A DNA stretch of 63,967 bases, the filler included, from an uncultured bacterium (GTDB taxonomy: Bacteria > CAYSBA01): NCBI GenBank assembly GCA_964429075.1. It is 4 parts of 4 records of this genome, joined end to end, with 100 filler letters (N's around TTAATTAATTAA, not from the genome) between each part and the next. Parts side by side here need not be neighbours in the genome. Positions count along the whole stretch, not along the records: positions 37,281 to 53,615 come from CAYSBA010000003.1; positions 53,716 to 63,967 come from CAYSBA010000021.1; 2 more parts are not named here. One strand, 5' to 3'. Shown here in pieces: positions 48,644-60,986 of the stretch. A model generated the notes under the pieces. That model saw only the letters and a program-made list of their open reading frames with translations. It ran no database searches and was not told the DNA's origin. A program made the translations under genes and the position numbers. Position 1 is the stretch's first letter, and each line of letters begins with the position of its first letter.

Positions 48644-50536
48644 ATGAAAGTAGCTATAAAAACTATCTGTATCGTTTTTGCTCTGGCAGTATCTTTATTC
48701 AACAGTGCATCCGGGCAGGATAAAGATGATATCTTTTCAATATCTGATGAATTCAGGCCCTGGGTTTCCTTCTGGAAAGATATCTTTGGAAAATATGATT
48801 CAAGACATGCTATTATTCACGATAGAAATTATCCCTACCTTGTCTATGAGGTTATAAAGCTTGATCATCCAACCTTCTCAAAGGCAGCACGTCGTCAGAT
48901 TAAAAGGGAGATAAATATATTGAAGAAAAAACTTGCTGAACTTCAACAGACAATCAACAGCGGTGATGAACCAGAAGGTGATCTTAAGGAATTATATAAT
49001 ATATTTGTCAGCATGGACCTTACAGATTACATACTCGATAGCAAGATGCCACAAAATATAAGATATCAGATCGGGATTAAAGATCGTTTTTTGAAGGGAT
49101 ACAGGAGGTCAGGTAGATACAGCAGTTACATAAAGGAGGAACTCAAAAAACACAACATGCCCGAACAACTCTGGGCACTACCTTTTGTGGAATCAACCTA
49201 TAATCCCCATGCAGTTTCAAAGGTGGGAGCAAAGGGTCTCTGGCAGATTATGAGACCAATAGGTAGACTCTTTCTCAGGATAGATGAGGTGTATGATGCA
49301 AGGTTTGATCCCTTTGATGCTACACTTGGTGCAATCGGAATATTGAAGATGAACTACGAAAATCTCGGTTCATGGCCACTTGCAATTCTTGCTTACAACT
49401 ACGGTCTTGGAGGGGTTAAACTTGCTGTCGAAAAGACAGGCTCTGACAGGATTGAGGATATTCTAAAATACTGGGAGGGGAGGCGTTTTGGTTTTGCAGC
49501 AAAAAATTTTTATACCGAATTTTTAGCAGTACTTGAGATCTTAAAGGAGAAAGATGGCCTGCTATCTGGGGTGACACAAGACGATACGATGAGCTTTAAG
49601 ACTATTAAACTGAAGGGATATGTTGCTTTAAAGGATCTGGTAAAATACACAGCTATGTCAAAAAGACAGCTGATACAGTACAATCCGGGATTTACCGATC
49701 TTGTAAAGACAGGTGATCTTTTAATTCCACCAGATCTTTCTATCAAGATACCCAAAAGACTTTATAAAAGGGTTGCTGAGGATATTGCATCACTGCCAGG
49801 GAAGGTCATAAAAAGCAGGCAAAAACATCTTCTCTATTATACAATTAAGAAGGGAGACACAATATACTATATAGCAAAAAGGTTTAAGATCAGTCAGCGG
49901 GCAATACTTGATGCAAATCGGGTAAATCCACGGAGGCTTTTGCCGGGGATGAAGATAAAGCTACCTCTTGGAATTGCAGAAAGAGGCACACAATTTTTGA
50001 AAAAAAAGATGCATATAAGGAGGGTTGCATCACGAACAGCAGTACCTGTCTCAAAAGATTTTGCCAGTAAAGTAGTCGATAGTGGTAAAAGGATATTGAA
50101 AAAGTGGGCAATTTCAAGTAGTATCGACTTCTTAAGACCCAGGGATAAAAGGATTATGGTACTACCCTTAGAGACCCTTGGACACTATGCTGATTGGTGT
50201 GAAATGAAGACACAAAGATTAAGAGAGGCAAATCATATGGGGCGAAGTTCTAGGATTGTTGTGGGACAGATCGTAAGTCTCGCAGGCTGTAATGTATCAG
50301 AAAAAATCTTTACAAAAAAAAGACTCCTATATTTTACACAGGTCCTTAAGACTCTGGATGATAGGGTTGATCTTGAAAGGATAGAGGAGATCTCCCTTCT
50401 TCCCGGAGAGAGCCTTGCCACCCTATCAGAAAGGGTGAATCTTCCTACCTGGGTAGTACTTTTGTATAACTATGATAAATTAAACGCCACGCTCTATCCT
50501 GGCGACAGAGTACGGATTCCTTTAAGGAGGAGATAA
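48644..50536 (+). CDS. Lytic transglycosylase with LysM domains (MltD-like)
   Basis: Signal peptide; SLT motifs VEST...AVSKVGAKGLWQIM, AYNYG; LysM YTIKKGDT; degenerate LysM repeats. Confidence 0.9.
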   Translation: MKVAIKTICIVFALAVSLFNSASGQDKDDIFSISDEFRPWVSFWKDIFGKYDSRHAIIHDRNYPYLVYEVIKLDHPTFSKAARRQIKREINILKKKLAELQQTINSGDEPEGDLKELYNIFVSMDLTDYILDSKMPQNIRYQIGIKDRFLKGYRRSGRYSSYIKEELKKHNMPEQLWALPFVESTYNPHAVSKVGAKGLWQIMRPIGRLFLRIDEVYDARFDPFDATLGAIGILKMNYENLGSWPLAILAYNYGLGGVKLAVEKTGSDRIEDILKYWEGRRFGFAAKNFYTEFLAVLEILKEKDGLLSGVTQDDTMSFKTIKLKGYVALKDLVKYTAMSKRQLIQYNPGFTDLVKTGDLLIPPDLSIKIPKRLYKRVAEDIASLPGKVIKSRQKHLLYYTIKKGDTIYYIAKRFKISQRAILDANRVNPRRLLPGMKIKLPLGIAERGTQFLKKKMHIRRVASRTAVPVSKDFASKVVDSGKRILKKWAISSSIDFLRPRDKRIMVLPLETLGHYADWCEMKTQRLREANHMGRSSRIVVGQIVSLAGCNVSEKIFTKKRLLYFTQVLKTLDDRVDLERIEEISLLPGESLATLSERVNLPTWVVLLYNYDKLNATLYPGDRVRIPLRRR

Positions 50537-50540
50537 AGCT

Positions 50541-52283
50541 ATGTATGTAAGAAGGAGGTTATCATTACTGTTTCTATGTGCACTTTTTGCCTGTGCATCA
50601 ACCAGAGCTGCCACAAGGGGTGATAGTCAAAAGAAAAAGAAAGATAGGCGAATAAAGATACTAAATGCAATGGAAAAAGAGCTTAAAAGATCTATGAATA
50701 AACTTGTGCTGGAGGGCTATAAAAAGCCATATTTCATTGCATATAGAATATCACAGGATCACTCCATCTATGCAACTGCTAAATATGGTGCCCTTCATTC
50801 TTTTTCAGATATGAATTCTGGTTCTGCCTATGTAGAGGTAAGGGTAGGTGATCACAAACTCGATAATATGGTGGACCTGGATAGTGGTTTTGACTTCTCA
50901 GAATTTCTTGATAGCGATATATTCAACACTTCTGCCCCATTAGATGATAGTATTGCATCTTTAAAAAGGGATCTATGGCTGCTTACAGATCATGCATACA
51001 AAAAGGCCCTTGTGAAGTATGCGCGGGTTAAGGCACAGAGGGTATATGATTCAAAGGTAGGGGAGAGGTATGCCTTTTCAGAGGAAAAACCTATTGTATT
51101 TATTCAACCACCAATAAAGACTCATCTGGATCCAGAAAAGATAAAGAAAATAGCTGTTGATTTGAGTAGTCTTTTTGTAGGTAACAACTTTGTAGAGAGT
51201 TCCACAGTAACCGTAAGAGGCTACAAGGGGAGCCAATATTTTGTCAATTTTGATAACAGCCGTATTATAACAGAGTATACACTGATTCAGCTTTCTATTA
51301 CTGCAACCACCCAGGCAAAAGATGGCATGTATTTAAACAAGAGCCTCACATATTATGCCTCAGATTTAGAGGGCCTTCCAGATAAAAATAGACTGCGTCA
51401 TGATATAGACAGGATGGTTCAAAAGCTGAAAGCACTTGCAGATGCCCCACTTATGGAGCCTTATTCTGCCCCTGCCCTTATTTTACCTCGTGTTTCTGGA
51501 GTACTTTTTCATGAAGCAGTAGGACACAGACTTGAGGGTGATAGACAGTACAAAAAGTCTGAAGGAAGAACCTTCAGCGGCAGGCTGGGAGAAAAGGTTC
51601 TGCCTTCATATATATCTGTTATAGATGATCCAACACTAAAAGAATACAATGGACATTTTCTTAACGGACACTACCTTTTTGATGAAGAGGGTGTAAGGGC
51701 TCAGAGGGTCGTATTGATAGATCATGGGGTGTTGAAGAGCTATCTTCTGTCTCGCACAATGGTGGATAAGAGCCTGACACATTCAAACGGACATGGGCGT
51801 GCATCGGGTGTACACAAACCAATGGCAAGGATGGGGGTAACAATTGTTGATATTGATAAAGACCATACACTGCCTCTGCAAGAGCTTAAAAAGAGACTTA
51901 TAGAACTGGCTAAAAAGAAAAATAAAAGGTATGCCTTTATTATAAAGGATGTATCTGGTGGTTTTACGAACACCTCCTCTTATGGGATACAGGCCTATAA
52001 GGGATTAATTAATGAGGTCTATCGTATCGATGTCAGGACAGGTAAAGAGGAGCTGGTAAGGGGTGTTGAGATCGTTGGTACTCCTCTTCAGAGTCTCAAT
52101 TCTGTGCTGTATGGGAGTCAAGAAAAGGAGGTCTTCAACGGATTTTGTGGTGCAGAGAGTGGGTATGTACCTGTATCAACCATAGCACCTGCCCTTTTAC
52201 TCGAGAATATCGAACTTCAACGAAAAAGGATAAAGAAAAGAAGGATGCCTATCTTAAAACCACCGGCTGTTGATTCAAGATGA
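50541..52283 (+). CDS. TldD/PmbA-family metalloprotease with lipoprotein signal
   Basis: Lipobox ALFAC; HEAVGH zinc motif; DDPT, DEEG, SNGHGR, GFCGAESG. Confidence 0.88.
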   Translation: MYVRRRLSLLFLCALFACASTRAATRGDSQKKKKDRRIKILNAMEKELKRSMNKLVLEGYKKPYFIAYRISQDHSIYATAKYGALHSFSDMNSGSAYVEVRVGDHKLDNMVDLDSGFDFSEFLDSDIFNTSAPLDDSIASLKRDLWLLTDHAYKKALVKYARVKAQRVYDSKVGERYAFSEEKPIVFIQPPIKTHLDPEKIKKIAVDLSSLFVGNNFVESSTVTVRGYKGSQYFVNFDNSRIITEYTLIQLSITATTQAKDGMYLNKSLTYYASDLEGLPDKNRLRHDIDRMVQKLKALADAPLMEPYSAPALILPRVSGVLFHEAVGHRLEGDRQYKKSEGRTFSGRLGEKVLPSYISVIDDPTLKEYNGHFLNGHYLFDEEGVRAQRVVLIDHGVLKSYLLSRTMVDKSLTHSNGHGRASGVHKPMARMGVTIVDIDKDHTLPLQELKKRLIELAKKKNKRYAFIIKDVSGGFTNTSSYGIQAYKGLINEVYRIDVRTGKEELVRGVEIVGTPLQSLNSVLYGSQEKEVFNGFCGAESGYVPVSTIAPALLLENIELQRKRIKKRRMPILKPPAVDSR

Positions 52284-52555
52284 CCAGGCAGAGGACCAAA
52301 AAAAAGCAATCTGAAAGTATAGAAATCCTGGAGGAGCTGAAGGATTACGTCAGAAAAGCCGGTGGTTCAGTTATCGTTGATGGGGGGGACTTTAGAAGCG
52401 GTGTATGCAAACTCAACGGTGTGGTAACAGTTGTACTTAACAGGAGTGAGTCTTTAGAATTACACAAAGAGGTACTGGTTGAGGCCCTGAGAAGACTTGA
52501 CACAGAAGGAATATATATAAAATCAAGGATAAGAGACCTTATCTTGCAAGATTGA
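52280..52555 (+). CDS. Small hypothetical protein
   Basis: ATGA-coupled to the upstream gene; GDFRSGVCKLNG...IYIKSRIRDLI. Confidence 0.65.
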   Translation: MTRQRTKKKQSESIEILEELKDYVRKAGGSVIVDGGDFRSGVCKLNGVVTVVLNRSESLELHKEVLVEALRRLDTEGIYIKSRIRDLILQD

Positions 52556-52558
52556 TTG

Positions 52559-53140
52559 ATGGAATTTGAGATCAGGGCATGTTATAGCTGGAAAAAGGTT
52601 TCAGAAATAGACACCCTGACAAAAAGGGCATGGATCCTATGTGGCAGATCAAATGTGGGTAAATCATCCCTTTTGAATAAATTGCTTAACAAAAAGGTAT
52701 CAACCATAAGTAAAAAACCGGGAAAGACAAGAAAGATAGATATATATGAACTGAAGGATTATTATATAGTTGATCTGCCTGGATATGGTTATGCAAAGAG
52801 GTCAAAGCAAGAGCGAGAGCACTGGAAGAGTATTATAACCTCTTTTATTGAAAAAAATTTCAAATACCTCTGTTGTTTACTGCTTGTAGATGCAAAGGTA
52901 GGGATTGTTGAGCTCGATAAAAAACTGATCTCATATATAAAGGGTTTTGATATACCCCTTTTTATGGCTGTTACAAAGTGTGATAGGATACCAAGACCTT
53001 ACTACCAGAGGATTTTAAATGGTCTTTTCACAGAGGTCAAAGATCTTAGAAGGGAGCATATAATCCTTACATCGGCAAAGACAGGTTACGGGATAAAAGA
53101 GCTCAGAAGGCTTCTTGCATCTGACTCCTGTAGTGAATAA
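52559..53140 (+). CDS. engB: Ribosome biogenesis GTPase EngB/YihA
   Basis: GRSNVGKSS, PGKT, DLPGYGYA, TKCD, TSA. Confidence 0.93.
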   Translation: MEFEIRACYSWKKVSEIDTLTKRAWILCGRSNVGKSSLLNKLLNKKVSTISKKPGKTRKIDIYELKDYYIVDLPGYGYAKRSKQEREHWKSIITSFIEKNFKYLCCLLLVDAKVGIVELDKKLISYIKGFDIPLFMAVTKCDRIPRPYYQRILNGLFTEVKDLRREHIILTSAKTGYGIKELRRLLASDSCSE

Positions 53141-53615
53141 GCCATCTCTCATTCTTTTGCCATAGTATGAGCAGGATGGCATTTATCGTAGATCCAAGGG
53201 CAATGGCCATCCAGACACCAGAGATATCTAAATCCAGATAAAAGGCCAAAAAGAGGGCAAGTGGTATTCTTATAAGCGAGGAGAAGTTTGAGATAACCAT
53301 AACAGGTACAGTATTTCCTGCGCCTGTAAAAAATCCTTCATAGATCTGAATAAGCCCTGCTGGGATTTGACTCAATCCTACTACTATAAAATAGAGTGCA
53401 CTTACAGAGATCACGTCTCTGTCGGATATAAATATGAAACCGAGTTTATTTGAGAAGATCACCATTATAGCAGAAAAAAGACCATATACAATTATGGTAA
53501 TCCACTGAGTGGTAATAAGGATCTTTCTCGTCCTCTTATACCTTCCTGCCCCGAGATTCTGACCGACAGCAGTTGTAGTTGCCACACCAAGACCAACCCC
53601 AAACATATATGCAAT
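53103..53615 (-). CDS. MATE family efflux transporter, partial (C-terminal part)
   Basis: ATTTAVGQNLGAG, GAGNT, RIPLA, GVWMA. Confidence 0.9.
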   Translation of the reverse strand: MAYMFGVGLGVATTTAVGQNLGAGRYKRTRKILITTQWITIIVYGLFSAIMVIFSNKLGFIFISDRDVISVSALYFIVVGLSQIPAGLIQIYEGFFTGAGNTVPVMVISNFSSLIRIPLALFLAFYLDLDISGVWMAIALGSTINAILLILWQKNERWLIHYRSQMQEAF

Positions 53616-53715
53616 NNNNNNNNNNNNNNNNNNNNNNNNNNNNNNNNNNNNNNNNNNNNTTAATTAATTAANNNNNNNNNNNNNNNNNNNNNNNNNNNNN
53701 NNNNNNNNNNNNNNN
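53616..53715. other. Artificial contig-joining spacer
   Basis: N44-TTAATTAATTAA-N44. Confidence 0.97.
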
Positions 53716-53716
53716 T

Positions 53717-54136
53717 TCACCTGGTGCAGTGATAGCACTCTTTCATGATGTAATAATAACAACAGGTATACTATGTTTGACAAGGCAGGAGTTTTCTTTA
53801 ACCACCATAGCTGCATTGCTCACGATTGTTGGATACTCTCTGAACGATACTATTGTTGTATTTGATAGGATAAGGGAGAATATAATCCGTTTCCCGCGGA
53901 TGAACCTTGAAAAGATTATAAATACCAGCATAAACGAGACCCTATCACGTACAATCCTTACATCTTTAACCACCTTGATTGCTGTACTTGCCCTTTATAT
54001 CTTTGGCAGTCCTGTTGTCAGGGTGTTTGCCTTTACAATGATTGTTGGGATTGTTGTTGGTACCTATTCTTCAATATACATAGCAAGTCCTATCTTTTAT
54101 GCTATACACCAGAGAGCTGAAAAAAAGGGTAGATGA
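53717..54136 (+). CDS. secF: Protein translocase subunit SecF, partial (C-terminal part)
   Basis: ALFHDV, GYSLNDTIVVFDRIREN, TLSRTILTS, GTYSSIYIASP. Confidence 0.96.
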   Translation, partial: SPGAVIALFHDVIITTGILCLTRQEFSLTTIAALLTIVGYSLNDTIVVFDRIRENIIRFPRMNLEKIINTSINETLSRTILTSLTTLIAVLALYIFGSPVVRVFAFTMIVGIVVGTYSSIYIASPIFYAIHQRAEKKGR

Positions 54137-55842
54137 TAGAACGGCTGGTCTTTAAATTTCCAGACCCACAGAGGGTAAAGAGACTTGCCAGGGATGCTTC
54201 ACTACCAGAATGGCTTGCAGCATTTTTTATCAATCGTGGTCTTGAATCATTCGATGAGATCAAAGACTTCTTCAGATTAAAACTTAAAGCTCTATCAGAA
54301 ATAACAAATGGATCTCCTTTTGAACATGCAGCAGATCAGGTATTGCCCTCTATTTTAGAGGGTGGAAAAATCGGGATACTCGGTGATTACGATGCCGATG
54401 GGATATGTTCTGTTGCGCTTTTTATAAGATTTTTCAGGGGGATGGGGCTTGAGGTGGAATACAGGATTCCAGACCGTTTTAAACATGGTTATGGTTTCAA
54501 AAAGGAACTTTTAGACGATCTGGTAGAAAGTGGCATAGATATCTGTTTTGTTGTAGACTCAGGTACTAATGATACACAAGAGATATCAAGTTCTTTCAGG
54601 GACCTTGATGTAGTTGTGTTAGACCACCATATGCCAATGAGTAACTATTCTACCCATGGAGTGACTGTTATAAATCCAAACCTGTTTGATCTTGGTGGGA
54701 GTTTTTGTAGCTGTGGGCTTGTATTTCTTTTTCTACTGACATTAAAACGAAGACTTGCCAATCTTAAAACAAAAAAATTGCCAAATCTGAAAGAATTACT
54801 CGATCTTGTTGCCATTGCCACAATTGCAGATATGGTCCCTCTTCAGGGAATAAACAGATTAATGGTAAAGCTTGGTCTGGACATACTGAATAAAAAAAGA
54901 AGGGATTTTGTTTATGAAATCCTTGAGAATGCAGGGCTCGGAAGAAACTATAAACTTACCGAAGAGGATATTGCATACTATATAGCACCGAGGTTGAATG
55001 CAACAGGGAGGATGAGTAATGCATCCATAGCTGTTGAACTTCTTACAACAAACGACTTAAATAGGATAAAGGAATTTTCAGAAGAGCTTGAACATCTAAA
55101 CAGCAAAAGAGAGCGATTTCAACGGAAGGTTATTGAGTTGATTGACCTTGAGATATCGAGGATGGGAAGGCTCCCTGAAATCCTTGTGTTTGGGGATTAT
55201 GGGTGGCATGAAGGGGTTGTGGGTATTGTGGCAGGAAGGCTCGTTGAAAGATATAAGCGGCCGGCAATTGTTGTGGCATTCAGGGAGGATGGCATAGGTA
55301 AGGGTTCAGCAAGAAGCATAGATGGCATATCTATTTATGAGATCCTGAAGGGGGCATCAGATCTGCTTGAAGGCTTTGGTGGTCATAAGCTTGCTGCAGG
55401 GATTACCATTAGACGTGATAGATTTGAAAGCTTTAAAGATCGAATTAATAAGATTGCCAAGGGATATATAGATATTCATAAAAAAAGAGTGATTCTTGTA
55501 GATGGATGGTTACCACATGCCCTTAATAATAACAACACAATACGCTTTTTGAATGCCCTTTCACCCTTTGGTTTTGGTAATAGGCCCCCACTTTTTGTTC
55601 TGGAGACCTCTCATATCGATAGCTACAGAAAAAAGGGGGAACATCTTTTTCTAAATACTGACAGGTCTTTTGGCAACCTAAGGTTGTGCTGGTTCAATGC
55701 ACCTGAGTGGGCAGAAGGGCTGATTGTTTCAAGGAGAGGGAAGCTGATTGTCACCCCAAAGGTATCAGAATTTAGAGAGACCCTCATAGTAGAGCTGAGA
55801 GTAATTGATGCAACAATGGAAGATAGGCCAGATGGTGGATGA
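54133..55842 (+). CDS. recJ: Single-stranded DNA exonuclease RecJ
   Basis: GDYDADG, VDSG, DHH, ATIADMVPL, PRLNA, GSARS, GGH, PFG; follows secF. Confidence 0.95.
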   Translation: MIERLVFKFPDPQRVKRLARDASLPEWLAAFFINRGLESFDEIKDFFRLKLKALSEITNGSPFEHAADQVLPSILEGGKIGILGDYDADGICSVALFIRFFRGMGLEVEYRIPDRFKHGYGFKKELLDDLVESGIDICFVVDSGTNDTQEISSSFRDLDVVVLDHHMPMSNYSTHGVTVINPNLFDLGGSFCSCGLVFLFLLTLKRRLANLKTKKLPNLKELLDLVAIATIADMVPLQGINRLMVKLGLDILNKKRRDFVYEILENAGLGRNYKLTEEDIAYYIAPRLNATGRMSNASIAVELLTTNDLNRIKEFSEELEHLNSKRERFQRKVIELIDLEISRMGRLPEILVFGDYGWHEGVVGIVAGRLVERYKRPAIVVAFREDGIGKGSARSIDGISIYEILKGASDLLEGFGGHKLAAGITIRRDRFESFKDRINKIAKGYIDIHKKRVILVDGWLPHALNNNNTIRFLNALSPFGFGNRPPLFVLETSHIDSYRKKGEHLFLNTDRSFGNLRLCWFNAPEWAEGLIVSRRGKLIVTPKVSEFRETLIVELRVIDATMEDRPDGG

Positions 55843-55906
55843 CAGTTAAGTTATTGTGTGATAAAATCTATAATAATGGTCTATCAAATTTTCCAGGGAG
55901 CAATGA

Positions 55907-57814
55907 ATGAAAAATAGATATGTTTTTTTTAAGTTATTCTTTATGCTTTTTGCATTATTGATTAATGGTTGTTCGTGTGAACAGGATGTTACAGATGTAA
56001 AGTCAACTCTGTTGGCCGATCCTTCTGAGATTGATTTTGGCAAGGTAGAGATATTTCAAACAAAAGAGTTAACAATAACAGTAACAACCGAAGGTGGCAG
56101 GGATGTAGAGCTTGGTGAGATAGAATTGAAGACAGATGCACCAGATGGGGTCTTTCTTATTGAAAAGGTAACTGAAGGTGTGGATAGTTTTAACACATTG
56201 AAACCCGGTAAAAAGAGACAGATAAAGGTCTTCTTTTCTCCTGTAGACACCGTTACATATAATGGTACACTACTTATTCAAAGTGATGCTAATAATCCGG
56301 AAAATGGAACTGTAGAAATACCTATGACAGGTGAAGGTGTGTTACCTGATCTTCATTTTGAACCCTGGGTACTCGATTTTGGACAGGTAAAGGTTGGTGA
56401 AGAGAAGAGTTTAACAACTGAAATTGTCAATTCGGGCAGTCAGGTCTATGTCTTAGATTTTGCTGAGATCACAAGCGGTATTAGTGTTTTTAGTATGTCC
56501 AGTTCAATAAAGCGGGGTGATACAATTGAGCCTGGTGGACGATATGAGGTTGTGGTAACCTTTAAACCAATACAGAACATAAACTATAACGGTTCAATAG
56601 AGTTTAAAGCTACAGACCCTTCAGCAGGAGTTGCTCATCTTTCCCTCATGGGTGAAGGTACATCACCATGTATACAGCTTGAGCCATCTGGAGGAACTTT
56701 TTTTGGTTACACAGAGCCAAATCAGCCAGAAGATGTTACAATCCTTGTAAAAAATGGTTGTAATGGTGAATTGAGTGTTGACTCACTTTCTATTGAAGAT
56801 GATACAGAATCGCATTTTTCTATTATAGATGCTCCGGGGACACCCTTTACAATCCCACCGTACGATCAAAATGATCCCTATCAGAGCCAGACAGAGGTTG
56901 TATTGAGATATGATGGTGTCGGTGATCAGGGTTGTGATGAGGCGAGTTTAAAGATATTGTCCAACGATCCGGTCAATGGGGAGTTAATCTACAACCTTCT
57001 CGGTTGTAAGGGTGTGCCACCTGATGAACCAGACATACATGTTACACCAGATGAATACAATTTTGGTGTGGTAATAAGGGGAGAAGACAAATCTGCAGAT
57101 TTCATAATCAGAAATCTTGGTGGGCAACCTCTAATTATCCAGTCTATAGAGATTGTTGGTGCAGGCGAGCTTTCGACAGACGGACTGGATCCACAGGATA
57201 TGACAATACCGCAGGATCCATCTGTTACAAGGACAGTAACTGTTACAACTCACTGTGCCCTGCCAAAGACAGTAACTGCAAATCTTGAAATAAAATCAAA
57301 CGATCCTGATGAGTCAACCTTAGATGTTCCGATTACCCTTGTATGTTATCCTTCAGATGTTGGTCTGATCCATCTTGAGCTTGTCTGGGATAAAGACAAT
57401 ACAGACATGGATCTTCATTTTGTCTCACCAGGTGGTAAGTTCTGTGATTTGATGGGTGGAAGTGATTGCTATTACTGTAACAAACATCCAGATTGGGGAC
57501 TCTCTGGAGAATATGCAGATGATCCCTTCCTTGACAGGGATGACACAGACGGTTTTGGTCCTGAAAATATGAACCTTAACACATCTCCATACAGCGGTGA
57601 ATACACCGTCATGGTTCATTATTACAACGACAAAGGAATGGGGCCTGCAAATGCAACCGTCAAGTTGTATTTTTACGATCAGTTACAGAAGGTGATCACA
57701 AGGACACTTACACACAAACAGCTCTGGAAGGTTATGACAATAAGTCTTCCAGAACAGAGTGTTGAAGTGGTGGATCAGATTGTGGGTATGAGAGATTGTG
57801 GATGTAGTAATTAG
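55907..57814 (+). CDS. Surface lipoprotein with four ASH/choice-of-anchor-D Ig-like domains and a C-terminal YfaP/DUF2135-like domain
   Basis: Lipobox LINGC; repeated P..(I/L)(D/N)FG.V ... SND/SDP ... L.GEG units; C-terminal LVWDKDNTDMDLH...DRDDTDGFGPEN...VMVHYY. Confidence 0.8.
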   Translation: MKNRYVFFKLFFMLFALLINGCSCEQDVTDVKSTLLADPSEIDFGKVEIFQTKELTITVTTEGGRDVELGEIELKTDAPDGVFLIEKVTEGVDSFNTLKPGKKRQIKVFFSPVDTVTYNGTLLIQSDANNPENGTVEIPMTGEGVLPDLHFEPWVLDFGQVKVGEEKSLTTEIVNSGSQVYVLDFAEITSGISVFSMSSSIKRGDTIEPGGRYEVVVTFKPIQNINYNGSIEFKATDPSAGVAHLSLMGEGTSPCIQLEPSGGTFFGYTEPNQPEDVTILVKNGCNGELSVDSLSIEDDTESHFSIIDAPGTPFTIPPYDQNDPYQSQTEVVLRYDGVGDQGCDEASLKILSNDPVNGELIYNLLGCKGVPPDEPDIHVTPDEYNFGVVIRGEDKSADFIIRNLGGQPLIIQSIEIVGAGELSTDGLDPQDMTIPQDPSVTRTVTVTTHCALPKTVTANLEIKSNDPDESTLDVPITLVCYPSDVGLIHLELVWDKDNTDMDLHFVSPGGKFCDLMGGSDCYYCNKHPDWGLSGEYADDPFLDRDDTDGFGPENMNLNTSPYSGEYTVMVHYYNDKGMGPANATVKLYFYDQLQKVITRTLTHKQLWKVMTISLPEQSVEVVDQIVGMRDCGCSN

Positions 57815-57821
57815 TGGATAC

Positions 57822-58344
57822 TCAGTCGACCTGTTGATATATCAGATCTAACATCTCGATTACATTAATACCCTTTGAAAGAAGGATTATATCACAGACC
57901 TCTCTAACTGCACCGCGCCCGCCATAGTTGTTGGTTATATAATCTGCCACGTCCTTTACAACCATTGGTGAGTTAGAGATTGCCACACCAAAACCTGCAA
58001 GTTCTATTGCACCCACATCAATTACATCATCACCTATGTAGCAAACCTTTTCTCTCGTAAAACCACCAAGATTCATAAGCTCAAGGAGTGCCTTTTTCTT
58101 GTTTAGTCTGCCAGATCTGATCCAGTCTACACCGAGCTCTTTGGCTCTCTCTTCGACAATCTTTGTGACCCTGCCTGTTATGAATGCTGTCTTTATACCT
58201 GCAAATTTGCAGAGATAAAGGCCCATACCATCCTTTATAGAGAAGGACATTAGGTTTACACCATTATCACCGTAGTAGACCCTGCCATCTGTAAGGACAC
58301 CATCTACATCCATTGCGAGTAGTTCTATCTTTGAAGCAAGCCTT

Positions 58345-58370
<26 letters not shown>
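57822..58370 (-). CDS. kdsC: KDO 8-phosphate phosphatase
   Basis: DVDGVLTDG, DGMG, ITGR, YIGDD, GGRGAVRE. Confidence 0.93.
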
Positions 58371-60862
<2,492 letters not shown>

Positions 60863-60920
60863 TTAAAAAAATTCAAGAAAATGATGATTCTGACGTTGTT
60901 GTTGCATTTGATGATTTGAT

Positions 60921-60948
60921 TTGACAAAAAAATTGGATTGAATAAAAT
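60921..60948 (+). promoter_or_regulatory. Putative sigma-70 promoter of the LPP20/FlgT-like/FecR operon
   Basis: TTGACA-16 nt-TAAAAT upstream of GGAG-ATG 60987. Confidence 0.55.
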
Positions 60949-60986
60949 AGGACTATAGATGCGTTTAATTTTTTATGGAGTACATT

